DNA of 47,921 bases, taken from IMG/VR virus record IMGVR_UViG_3300021082_000007, one strand, 5' to 3'. Origin of the DNA: a virus. The translations under genes were made by a program, and so were the position numbers. This document shows, in pieces, positions 15,943 to 24,616 of the stretch (its first letter is position 1; each line of letters starts with the position of its first letter). The notes beneath the pieces were generated by a model that saw only the letters and a program-made list of their open reading frames with translations, was not told the DNA's origin and made no database searches.

Positions 15943-16173
15943 TTACCTTTTCGCAGCCTTTCGCGGAGCCTTACGCATAGGCCATAGATGATCCGGCGCA
16001 TCGTGACCGATTTCCTCCAGTGCATCCTTGAGCAGCCGGTAAGTGTCTGCGGGAAATTGCTTTCCTGCCCGCCAGTTATAGACGCCGTTTTCCGAAGTGC
16101 CGGTCAGCTCGGCCATGGCTTCGATGCCGCCGAGCGCGTTAATGATGTCTGCGGTGGTGCGGAATGTTGTCAT
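15943..16173 (-). CDS. Cro/YdaS-like helix-turn-helix regulator
   Basis: IINALGGIEAMAELTGTSENGVYNWRAGKQFP has the HTH plus W..G..P layout of Cro/YdaS-type proteins; first gene of the leftward operon, divergent from the moron cassette. Confidence 0.5.
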   Translation of the reverse strand: MTTFRTTADIINALGGIEAMAELTGTSENGVYNWRAGKQFPADTYRLLKDALEEIGHDAPDHLWPMRKAPRKAAKR

Positions 16174-16245
16174 ATCCCACACCTAACTCAACCTTTCTGA
16201 GTAAGCAAGCGTTGCGTCCCAGAATAGTTGAGATATAGTCGGCCG

Positions 16246-16431
16246 ATGGATCCCGAGTTCCAGCTCCGCGAACTGATGCTGATTGACGCCAAGGTGTTTC
16301 GGACGCGCAATCAGATTGCCGATCGCACCGATCCACAGACCAATAAGAAACTGTACAGGTCCAAAGCAAAGACCAAGAAGCCTGCTAAGGTTGAACCGGA
16401 CGACATCCCAACAGAGGAACCACCCAAATGA
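16246..16431 (+). CDS. Hypothetical basic protein (61 aa)
   Basis: ATG 16246 (track start 16228 is a TTG); ATGA coupling to the next gene. Confidence 0.45.
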   Translation: MDPEFQLRELMLIDAKVFRTRNQIADRTDPQTNKKLYRSKAKTKKPAKVEPDDIPTEEPPK

Positions 16432-17198
16432 GCCGCTTAGTCGGCGCCGCCCTGGCGGCGCTTCTATTCACCGTACCTGTGCAAGCCGCGATCGTTAACC
16501 TCGGCCTCGACCCGACGCCGTGGATCACCGACGGCGCGGCGACGATCACGATCTCGCCAACCGCACCCGGTCAGCAAACCACCAACTTACCGTGCCTGAT
16601 CTGCGGGGCGACCCAGCCGCTTCAACCGTCTGGATTCGGCTATAACGATTTCCACAACAACGGCGCCCAGAACACCGTCAGCTACTTTTCCACCGCGACC
16701 GTTCCCGGCGGCGGCGGATCCGGCCTGGCCCAGGATCAGTTCCTGGGGACCACCGGCTACTCCCTGTCGCCTGGGGCTGCATTCCTCGCAGCTGTCGGCG
16801 GCTTCAACGGCTTCTCTGTTGGCTTGGATTCAAATCAAGCAGGCACCGATGCTCAGATTCTGGAGAGTTTTTGGTTCCTCAATCTCACCCAGCACACCGT
16901 CCTGGCCGTGTTCCGGCCGCCGGGTGGCTATGACATCAGTCCGTTAAATAACGGCACCGGATTTCCTGACTACACGTTATCTGGATTATCTCTGGCTGGT
17001 GTCTCAGCTGGGGACCAGGTCATGTTCTTTGCTCGGATCACCAACGCCAACGACGGCCCCGACTCGTTCTTCCTCATCCCGCAAGTCACCGCGGTCCCGC
17101 TCCCCGCGGTCGGCACCGGGCTGCCGGCCTTAGTGGCGGGATTGTTCGGTTTGGTCGGGCTGCACCGGCGCCGCAAGGCGCGACTGCTCGCGGCCTGA
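16428..17198 (+). CDS. Secreted protein with PEP-CTERM/VPLPA-CTERM-type sorting signal (putative exosortase substrate)
   Basis: N-terminal signal peptide MSRLVGAALAALLFTVPVQA-A. The C-terminus is VPLPA-VGTGLPALVAGLFGLVGL-HRRRKAR, that is motif, hydrophobic helix, then Arg/Lys cluster. Confidence 0.7.
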   Translation: MSRLVGAALAALLFTVPVQAAIVNLGLDPTPWITDGAATITISPTAPGQQTTNLPCLICGATQPLQPSGFGYNDFHNNGAQNTVSYFSTATVPGGGGSGLAQDQFLGTTGYSLSPGAAFLAAVGGFNGFSVGLDSNQAGTDAQILESFWFLNLTQHTVLAVFRPPGGYDISPLNNGTGFPDYTLSGLSLAGVSAGDQVMFFARITNANDGPDSFFLIPQVTAVPLPAVGTGLPALVAGLFGLVGLHRRRKARLLAA

Positions 17199-17244
17199 TC
17201 GACCGGTTCCGACGGCGTGCATGTGTAGCGCCGCCGGGGCCAGG

Positions 17245-17288
17245 TTGAAAAATGGGAAAAAATTTTTGGCGGTCTAAACGGTTATGAC
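17245..17288. promoter_or_regulatory. Copy 1 of a conserved ~43-bp A6T5 motif
   Basis: TTGAAAA-n3-GGAAAAAATTTTTGGCGG-n10-TATGAC; copy 2 is at 38401-38442. On the minus strand it reads cTGTCA-n17-AAAAAT. Confidence 0.6.
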
Positions 17289-17514
17289 AGCGGTCCCCAC
17301 AGATAACGATCGCACGCTGGTGATGCATGACCCTGCTGTCGAGCATTGCGAGGATTGCGATAAGCTTGTTGCTGATAGTGACAAGATGCCGGGACCGGAT
17401 GAATGCCATTGCGCACGATGTATCGATTGCCGCGAGCTACTCGATGACGAGGAGCAGCACCTAGGTCATGAGCAATGCTTCGATTGCTTTGTGACGGAGC
17501 ACGATCGGGACTGA
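17284..17514 (+). CDS. Small acidic 8-Cys zinc-ribbon-like protein (76 aa)
   Basis: CEDC ... CHCARCIDC ... (15 aa) ... CFDC; about 30 percent Asp/Glu. Confidence 0.55.
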   Translation: MTAVPTDNDRTLVMHDPAVEHCEDCDKLVADSDKMPGPDECHCARCIDCRELLDDEEQHLGHEQCFDCFVTEHDRD

Positions 17515-17524
17515 CTGTCCGCCT

Positions 17525-20500
17525 TTACCAGCCGCCGGTGCCGCCCATCGGCATCCCACCGCCACCGAAGTCGAAGCCGCCGCCACCGCCCCAATCCAGG
17601 CCGGCACCGATCCCACTGCCGCCGCCCCAACCCCAGCCTTGCAGGATCTGCGGCGCGATCGGCGACAGGCCCATGCCGGCGCCGCCGCCGCGCGCCGCGG
17701 TCTGGTCGATCAGCGGCGACGAGAACGTGGCGTTTTCAATGGGCGGCAACATTCCCGCCAAGGCAATGCTGCCGCCCTGGCTGCCAGGCGCGCCTGGCGC
17801 CACCGCGCCGGTCGGGATCGAGCTTAATCCCGGCGGCGCAAGCGACAGCCCGCCGGCGGTACCACCGGCGGGCGTGGCAGGCTGCGCCGGAAGCACCGGC
17901 ATGGCATCGGCCGGCGGGGCTGGCATATCCGGCGCAACCCGGCTTTCGTCTTTGTAGGCATCGGTCAGCGCCTTGGCCATCTCCGGCGTCATCGCGCCCT
18001 GCTGGCCCTTCGGCTGCTCGCTTATTCGCGCCGCTTCGTCCTGGTGTAGCTTCTCCGCGGCGGCGCCGGCCTGCTCGACCGTGTCGAATTTGCCCAGGTG
18101 CTTGCCGGTTTCTACATAACGCTGACGCGCCTCCGCGTCAGACATTACGCGGCCGCCCTCGGCCGGCACGGTAGGAATGTTGACCTCCTTGCCTTGGTCC
18201 TCCACGCCGATCGTTCGCACGGTCGAGATTGAGCCGTCATCGTTCTGCACGGGCTTCTGCTCAAGCGGATCCAACGTCGCTGCATTGGGGTCGACCGGCG
18301 CGGCTGCCTCGGCCGGCGCCGGCGCCAGCCGTTTGCTGGCACTGAAGTCGGTGGCGCCCGAGGTGCCGAGGTCACTGCGCTTGCCGGGTGGCGCGGCCTT
18401 CGGCGGGCCTTCCTTGTAGGCGGCGTCGAGCTGCTGCTGGGTAACCCCCATCTTGCCGAGGTAGGGTTTCACCCCTTCGGCCACCCGGCTGCCGATCAGC
18501 GGCATGTCCATCGCCTGGCGCAGCGTGCGATCGCCGAGGTAGGTCTGCGCCTGACTGACCTGGTCGGGCGTGCCGCCGCGCTTCACCAGGTCGACCACCT
18601 TGGTATCGAGCAGCGCGTGCGCTGGATTAACCGGAGCAGCGGCTGGCGGCGCCGGCTTGGCGACCGGCTGTGGCGCAGGGGGCGTCGCTGCCGGGGGCTT
18701 AACCGGCGCCGCGGCTGCCGCGGGCGCAGGTGGGAGTGGTGCTGCTACCGCAGGCGCTGCCGGAGCCGCCGGTGCGGCGGCCGGCTCCGGTTCGAGTGGC
18801 TCTTCGCCCGACGGCCCGAGCTGGGCCGCTGCCGGCGGCGATGCGGGCGCCGCCGGTGCCGCGGCCTGTGGCGGTGGTGCGGCCGCTTTGGGGGCAGGAT
18901 CCGCAGCAGCCGCCGGTGCAGGCGGTGGACTAGCTTCCTTTGTAACCTGATTCCCTTGCGGCGTAAGCGCCGCCGCCGGCTTCACCCCCTGGTCTTTCTT
19001 CAGCTCGGCCGCAGTGGATGCCTGCCATTTCTGATTGTTCGCCACCGTGGTGCCGCCGTGCACCTCCGGGTTCTTGTTCTTGATGAAGAAGTCATTGCCG
19101 CCGACCGTGCCGACGTGCGTGGAGTTGGTCTTGGAGCTCGCCGCGGTCTTGCCGCTGCCGAAGTCCGTTGCGAGGTTGGAGTAATTGGTCCCCTTCTTGT
19201 GCGCCTCATCGATCTCGGCGTGCAGCTGGGCGCGGAACTGCGGATCGGTTTGGATCCGCTTCAGCGCGGCGTCGTACTTGGGCCGCATCGCCGGGTCGTT
19301 CATCGCCTGGTAGTATTTGGGGTCGATGATATCGGTGACCGGCCGGCCGTTGGCGATGATGCGATTCGCCCCCGCCTCATGTACGGCGATGCGGCCCTCC
19401 CTAGAATTGTTATCTTCGGTGTAGGCCGCCGCCGCCATCTGGTCTTTGGCGGTGGGGTTCTTATCGAAGAAGTTAGCGACCGGCCGGCGTTGCTCGACCA
19501 AGGTCCGGTTGCCTGGCTGCGCCGCGGGCGCCGCGGCTGCGGGCGCGGCCAAGGTCGGCCGGCCTGGCGCCATCGGCGGCTTGCCTGCCAGGCCCCCGCC
19601 CGGGACCAGGCCGGGGAACAGCTTGGCTTGGCCTGGCGACAAGCCATCCTTCCAGGATCCGCCGGCCATGCCGATACGATCGCCGGCGAAGTCATGGTGC
19701 ATCTGGTCGAGGCTGCCGTAGACCGATTGGTCGCCGGAGAAGTAGCCGCCCCAGCGATGCAGCTTGGCCAGGTCGGGGTGGTTGGCTTCCAGGTACTGAT
19801 GGAATCCATTCGCGTAGTCCTGGTACGCCTTGAACGTCTTGGGGTCGTTGGTCCGGTAGTTCTCCAGCGCCTTGCCGGTCGATTTATCGATCAGCTGCAT
19901 GTCGAAGGCGTTGCCGCGGCCGTGCTCGCGGGGATCGCCCTCGCGCTTGCCCGAGGTGAACTGCACCGTGTGGGTGGCGTCCGGCCGACTGTTGTAGACC
20001 TGCGCCCATTCCTTGGCGGCCAGTGCCACCTTGGGGTCGACGCCGGTCAAGTCGTTGGCTTTGGCCAGCGGCACGTTGCCGGACAGTCTGTTGCGGTTGG
20101 CGCCCGGGGCCGGCGGCGTGCCTGGTGCTGCTGGAGTGCCACCGCCGACCGGCGGCTTGTTCTTCTCCTGTTGCAGCAGCCGGTTGAGTGCCTTGTCTTT
20201 GGCGCTCGGCATGGCGCCGAGCAAGGCTGCGCCGATATCGTCGCCGCCGTCAAAGCGGTTGGGCGGCAGGGACGCAACCTTGCCCATCAGCTGCTGCACC
20301 TGGAGTGGCTTCTGCTCATCGACGCGGATGTTCTTGGCGCCCGGGCCTTTAACCAGGCCCTCCAGCAATTGCGTCATCTGGCTGGGCGGCGTGCCGGGTG
20401 GCACCACGCCGAGGTTGACCCCCAACGCATGCAGCATCGAGGTGGTGTCGGCGCCGAGCAGCGGCGTCTTGCCGGCAATCATTGCCTGCTTCGACTTCTC

Positions 20501-20533
20501 CCGCTCCAAGGCCATCTCGTCCATGTAGGCCAT
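17525..20533 (-). CDS. Giant internal-virion/ejection-like protein with LAS (M15-type) peptidase-like domain
   Basis: 1002 aa; last gene of the late block, in the T7 gp16 position. FTSGKREGDPREHGRGNAFDM ... WGGYF ... LDQMHHDF resembles SxHxxGxAxD / HxD zinc DD- or LD-peptidases. It also has a ~100-aa Pro/Ala linker and a Gly/Trp-rich C-terminus. Confidence 0.5.
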   Translation of the reverse strand: MAYMDEMALEREKSKQAMIAGKTPLLGADTTSMLHALGVNLGVVPPGTPPSQMTQLLEGLVKGPGAKNIRVDEQKPLQVQQLMGKVASLPPNRFDGGDDIGAALLGAMPSAKDKALNRLLQQEKNKPPVGGGTPAAPGTPPAPGANRNRLSGNVPLAKANDLTGVDPKVALAAKEWAQVYNSRPDATHTVQFTSGKREGDPREHGRGNAFDMQLIDKSTGKALENYRTNDPKTFKAYQDYANGFHQYLEANHPDLAKLHRWGGYFSGDQSVYGSLDQMHHDFAGDRIGMAGGSWKDGLSPGQAKLFPGLVPGGGLAGKPPMAPGRPTLAAPAAAAPAAQPGNRTLVEQRRPVANFFDKNPTAKDQMAAAAYTEDNNSREGRIAVHEAGANRIIANGRPVTDIIDPKYYQAMNDPAMRPKYDAALKRIQTDPQFRAQLHAEIDEAHKKGTNYSNLATDFGSGKTAASSKTNSTHVGTVGGNDFFIKNKNPEVHGGTTVANNQKWQASTAAELKKDQGVKPAAALTPQGNQVTKEASPPPAPAAAADPAPKAAAPPPQAAAPAAPASPPAAAQLGPSGEEPLEPEPAAAPAAPAAPAVAAPLPPAPAAAAAPVKPPAATPPAPQPVAKPAPPAAAPVNPAHALLDTKVVDLVKRGGTPDQVSQAQTYLGDRTLRQAMDMPLIGSRVAEGVKPYLGKMGVTQQQLDAAYKEGPPKAAPPGKRSDLGTSGATDFSASKRLAPAPAEAAAPVDPNAATLDPLEQKPVQNDDGSISTVRTIGVEDQGKEVNIPTVPAEGGRVMSDAEARQRYVETGKHLGKFDTVEQAGAAAEKLHQDEAARISEQPKGQQGAMTPEMAKALTDAYKDESRVAPDMPAPPADAMPVLPAQPATPAGGTAGGLSLAPPGLSSIPTGAVAPGAPGSQGGSIALAGMLPPIENATFSSPLIDQTAARGGGAGMGLSPIAPQILQGWGWGGGSGIGAGLDWGGGGGFDFGGGGMPMGGTGGW

Positions 20534-22863
20534 TAAGGCACCGTGATCCGCAGTGGCGCGCGTTGCGGCTGCTGCGCCGATTGGGCGGCCGTCATCGCCG
20601 CCGCCAGTTCGTTGATGCCGCTAGGCGACGGCCCCTGGGACAGGGCGTTGCGCGCGGTCGGCCCCTCCAATACGCCGGCGCGCCGAGCGCGGAGGTCGGA
20701 TGGCGCCAGCATGCCGACGACGCGGCCGAGCACGGCGCCGAGCGGCCCGAGGTAATGCCCGCCGAGCTGCGCCAGGGCTTCGCTGCCGAGCACCTTGTTG
20801 GCAACCGAGTTGCCCTGCCCGCCGATGGACCGGGTCAAGCCAGCCTGGCTGGTCGGCACGTTGAGCCGCGTGGCCAGGGCAACCTGGTCGGATACGTTGG
20901 GCAGCTGGTCACCCAGTATGGTCGCTCGCGAGTCCGGGTGCATGCCGGACTTGCCGGCGCCGGTCCAGGCATTGGCGAAGTTGGCAGGCCCGCGGGCGCC
21001 GCCTTGCGGATTGGTCTGCGGACTGTTGATGGTTTCGTTGCCGATCAGGCGCATGAGATCGCCGAAGATCTCACCGACACCGGGATGCCCGGTGGCTTCC
21101 AGGATACCTGGGACGTTCGGATCCTTCCGACCGCGACTGTTCAGGTAGTCGAACGCGGCGGACGGGTTCTCTTTGATGTAGTTCAGCAGCGTGTGGTAGT
21201 CGCCGGGTAGCCCGCCAGGTGTGGTGGGCGTTTCCCGCATGATGTCGCGAGTGGCGTTCTGGGTGGTATTGAAGTCGCGCGGGTCGACGCCGGCACGCTG
21301 GGCTGCCTCGCGCATGACCTGGGTGGTCGGCTCATAGAGCGCACTGACCGGCGGCATCCGGCCGCCTGCCGGGGTGTCGACCGAGCGGCCGAGCTCGGTG
21401 CGGAAGCCGGCGACATCGCCGTAAGGTGCCACCTGCGTGGTCGGCCCCATCGGCGGGCCGCCGTTGTGGCCAATGCCAGGCGATTGCACCGGCACCTGCA
21501 TCGGCTGGCCGCTGGCGTCACGGCTGGCCAATGGATTCAGTTGATCAGTAACCCGGAAGTCGATCGCGGCTCGTTCGGTCGGGCCGATCCTGGCGTTAGG
21601 GTCGGTCATCATGCCGTAGCCGCGTTCCTGGATCGGCGCCAGGTGCGTCGGCGTGTCCTGCGGGATCCTGGCGTTGAGGTTTGTTTGCCGCTGGTCGCTG
21701 ACGCCGCGCAGTGCCTCGGCGCTTTCGCGGGCGGCGGTATTGATCTTCTCGCCGATCGTTCCGGCGTTCGGTTGCACGTCGACGGCGCCGCGCGCCGCGG
21801 CCGATGCATCGTAGGCCGCGCCGATCTGGTTGCGGGCGTTGGTGCGGGCTTCCTGGATCACATCCGCGCTGCCTGGCTGGCCGGAAAGCGTCTGCTCGCG
21901 GCGCAGGATTCTGTCGTTGCCGAGCATGGCCGCGGTCGGCGTGACGCCCTGGCGCCGCGCCATGTCGGCGATCTGCGGCGCGTCGGGCCTGGCATCGCTG
22001 GCATACCATTGGTGGATCAGCGACCGACCAGCGTTCGGTAACGTGTGCGCGGTGCCGCCGAGCGCGGAGCCGAGCCAGGCGCCGGTTTCGCGGTCGCCCA
22101 GATACTTCTCGCCGAGGTAGCCGCCGACATTGCCGCCGAGCTCGCCGCCTATCGTCGGTGCCACCGTCGGCACGGCCATGCGCATTGCCGTGCTGGCAAC
22201 AGGTACAGCGGCGCCGGTCGTGGCCGCGACATGGCGTGCGGTCTGGAGGGTGCCGGCGGCTGCGCCCGCGCCGCCGCCGAGGAACGCGCTGCCGGCGCCT
22301 TCACCCATCCGCTCATACCAAGGCGCGTCTTCCGGCAGCGCCGGCGTGCCGGAGTTCTCCAGCATCTGCGGCGTGACGTAAGGCAGCTGCGAGTCCGGGC
22401 TGCCGATCGTTCGCGCCGCGGCGTTGTAGCCGCCGATGCCGAAGTCGGTGGCGCCGCCGATCGCGCCGGCCAGGATGCGGCTGGTTCTGTTCTCTACACT
22501 GCGCGGATCCGAGGTCAGGCGCTTGGCCGCCATGATGTCTTCGAGGTTCGGTACGTTTTCGGCGCCCGGCACCGGCTTTGATTCCACCGGCTTGTTGTTC
22601 CACCAATCAGTAATGCCGCGGCTGGCCTCGCCGGCGTCGGCAATGTCTCCCGGCTTCATACCGAAGGCGAGTTTGGCGCGGCCCCACATGTCCTCGCCCC
22701 AGGTCTTGGTCGGCGGCAGCGGCGCGTTGGTGCCTTTCTGCTGCTGCCGCAGCGCCTTGTAGGCGCTCGCCATGTGGACGTAGTCGGATGTGCCTTCCTG
22801 GTCCGGGTTCTCTTTCAGCCAGCCCGCTATGTCTTCGACTGTGGGTTCGGCCATGTCACTCAA
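20533..22863 (-). CDS. Internal-virion-like protein (776 aa)
   Basis: Size and position analogous to T7 gp15; several Gly-zipper-like hydrophobic stretches (AFLGGGAGAAAGTL, IGGELGGNVGGYLG). Confidence 0.45.
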   Translation of the reverse strand: MSDMAEPTVEDIAGWLKENPDQEGTSDYVHMASAYKALRQQQKGTNAPLPPTKTWGEDMWGRAKLAFGMKPGDIADAGEASRGITDWWNNKPVESKPVPGAENVPNLEDIMAAKRLTSDPRSVENRTSRILAGAIGGATDFGIGGYNAAARTIGSPDSQLPYVTPQMLENSGTPALPEDAPWYERMGEGAGSAFLGGGAGAAAGTLQTARHVAATTGAAVPVASTAMRMAVPTVAPTIGGELGGNVGGYLGEKYLGDRETGAWLGSALGGTAHTLPNAGRSLIHQWYASDARPDAPQIADMARRQGVTPTAAMLGNDRILRREQTLSGQPGSADVIQEARTNARNQIGAAYDASAAARGAVDVQPNAGTIGEKINTAARESAEALRGVSDQRQTNLNARIPQDTPTHLAPIQERGYGMMTDPNARIGPTERAAIDFRVTDQLNPLASRDASGQPMQVPVQSPGIGHNGGPPMGPTTQVAPYGDVAGFRTELGRSVDTPAGGRMPPVSALYEPTTQVMREAAQRAGVDPRDFNTTQNATRDIMRETPTTPGGLPGDYHTLLNYIKENPSAAFDYLNSRGRKDPNVPGILEATGHPGVGEIFGDLMRLIGNETINSPQTNPQGGARGPANFANAWTGAGKSGMHPDSRATILGDQLPNVSDQVALATRLNVPTSQAGLTRSIGGQGNSVANKVLGSEALAQLGGHYLGPLGAVLGRVVGMLAPSDLRARRAGVLEGPTARNALSQGPSPSGINELAAAMTAAQSAQQPQRAPLRITVP

Positions 22864-24607
22864 CCCCTAGTTTGCGATCGAGGTCGTTGATGTCTTCTGC
22901 CGACACCGCCGGCCTGGTCGCTGCGGGCGCGGTTGTGGTAGCGCCGGGCGCAGCCGCAGCTCGCCGCGGCGATCGGCCTTCGGCGTCGACCCGGCCGCTT
23001 TTGGTGCTTACATAGCTGGCGTCAGGCGGCACCAACGTCGCCATCTCCGGCAGGTACTTCTTGTAGTCGACATTGCGGTCGGTCAGCTGCACGGCGTGCT
23101 GCTCGTAGATCGGCTTTATGTTGGCGTTGTGTTTCGACATGGTGGCGTGAACCATGTTCCACAGCATCATCCGCACCTCGGGCGGCAGCCTGGATTCGCC
23201 CTTCAGCCCCTGCATCATGCTGATGAACTTATCCATCACGCCGCCAGTCTTGCGGACGTTCTCGACTTCGCCTTCGCGGACCACTGACGGCGGATCCAAG
23301 ATCTTCGCCGCGCCGACGATCATCGCCAGGTCGGAGCTTTGATTGTTGAATGGCACGTTGCCCATGAAGGTCGCGTAGCCGGTCTTGGCGTTCTCGTAGG
23401 CGTGAACCACCGGCGACTTCAGGTAGCTGTCGACCACCGGCCGCGGGTTGCCGGCGCCGGTGCGCGTTATCGCGCCGACCAACGGCCGCGGCTCCGGGAC
23501 CGGCAGGCCGGTCGAGGCGCCGCCGCCGGTCACTGGCGCGGGCGCCGCAGCGGCCGCAGCAGGTGCCGCGCCCGCGGCCGCGGGCGCCGCGCCGGTGCCG
23601 GTCGTCGCAGTGGTCCGCGACATCGGCACGTTGTCGATCTTGTCGAGCAGATCGAACAGTCGCGCGGCCGGTCCTGTCTGCGGCGGCACGATGTCGTAGT
23701 GCGGTTGCGAGGACTCCTGTTCGGTTTCCGGGTCTTTGAAGAACCTGATCTTCTTCTGCCAGCCGGCATCACGGGTAGCCCGAGCGGCGTTCAGCTCGTC
23801 GTTCGATAGCGGCAGCCCAGCGTCGACCTTGGCCAGGATCTTGGTCGCCATCTGGTTGAAGTTGTTCTGCGCGATCGGCGCGGACTCGATCGGGTTCGGC
23901 TGCGCCATCGATGCCGCGCCAGACTCCAAGGCAGTCTCGCCCTTGGCCGGGTCGTACATGGACGCGATCGGTCTTCCTTCCAGCGTGGTCCGGCCGTCGC
24001 GGGTGGCGAACTGCCGGCCGGTCGATTGGCCATTCTGGTAGATCGTGAAGTTGGTCGCGCCTTGCAGCTTGGTTTCATCCGAAGTCGGAAATCGGCCGGT
24101 GGTGCCGAATTGCAGCCTGGCGCGGTCGCGCGGATCTCGCGGCACGCCGGCGGCGGCAACCTCGGCCTGGGCGGCCTGCGCCGGCGCGGTCGCTGGATCC
24201 TTCAAGATCGCCGCCCTGCCGCTGGTGACCATGAGGTTGCGGCGCGCTTGTGCTGCTGCCAATGCCCGCGGGTCGATGAACGATTCCTGCACGGTGGTCG
24301 GCGGCAGGAAGATCTCGCCTGGCTGTGTGGTCGGGTCGGCTGGGTTGACCGGCCCCTGGTTTTCGACGGTTACGTCGCGGAAGCTTGGATCCACCTTGGC
24401 TGCGGGCGTGGCGGCATCGAGCTGGCCGGCAGCATCCTTGCCGGTGTTCCACATCTCGGTGTCGCGGGCGCGCTTCTCCCGCGCGGCCAGTATGGACTCG
24501 ACCGTGGCGGCGTTGTGCAGCGCCGTGCCGGTCGAGCCCTGGATGCTCTTGACCAGGCCAGACGCCCAGTTACCCCAGAATGGATCCTGTACGAACTCGG
24601 AGCCCAT
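22856..24607 (-). CDS. Internal-virion-like / structural protein (583 aa)
   Basis: Large late ORF with an Ala/Pro low-complexity segment; function assigned by position only. Confidence 0.4.
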   Translation of the reverse strand: MGSEFVQDPFWGNWASGLVKSIQGSTGTALHNAATVESILAAREKRARDTEMWNTGKDAAGQLDAATPAAKVDPSFRDVTVENQGPVNPADPTTQPGEIFLPPTTVQESFIDPRALAAAQARRNLMVTSGRAAILKDPATAPAQAAQAEVAAAGVPRDPRDRARLQFGTTGRFPTSDETKLQGATNFTIYQNGQSTGRQFATRDGRTTLEGRPIASMYDPAKGETALESGAASMAQPNPIESAPIAQNNFNQMATKILAKVDAGLPLSNDELNAARATRDAGWQKKIRFFKDPETEQESSQPHYDIVPPQTGPAARLFDLLDKIDNVPMSRTTATTGTGAAPAAAGAAPAAAAAAPAPVTGGGASTGLPVPEPRPLVGAITRTGAGNPRPVVDSYLKSPVVHAYENAKTGYATFMGNVPFNNQSSDLAMIVGAAKILDPPSVVREGEVENVRKTGGVMDKFISMMQGLKGESRLPPEVRMMLWNMVHATMSKHNANIKPIYEQHAVQLTDRNVDYKKYLPEMATLVPPDASYVSTKSGRVDAEGRSPRRAAAAPGATTTAPAATRPAVSAEDINDLDRKLGVE

Positions 24608-24616
24608 GACGCACCC

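Noticed and set aside
3864-16173. Temperate lifestyle inferred from two HTH regulators (3864..4241, 15943..16173)
   Set aside because: No integrase, excisionase, partition genes or CI-like repressor with a peptidase domain is recognised. HTH proteins alone do not indicate lysogeny.
17245-17288. Reading the A6T5 motif as a plus-strand sigma70 or sigma54 promoter
   Set aside because: The plus-strand TTGAAA to TATGAC spacing is ~32 nt, and TTGGCG to TATGAC is 10-11 nt. The GG/GC spacing does not fit the -24/-12 rule. Only the minus-strand reading gives sensible -35/-10 spacing.
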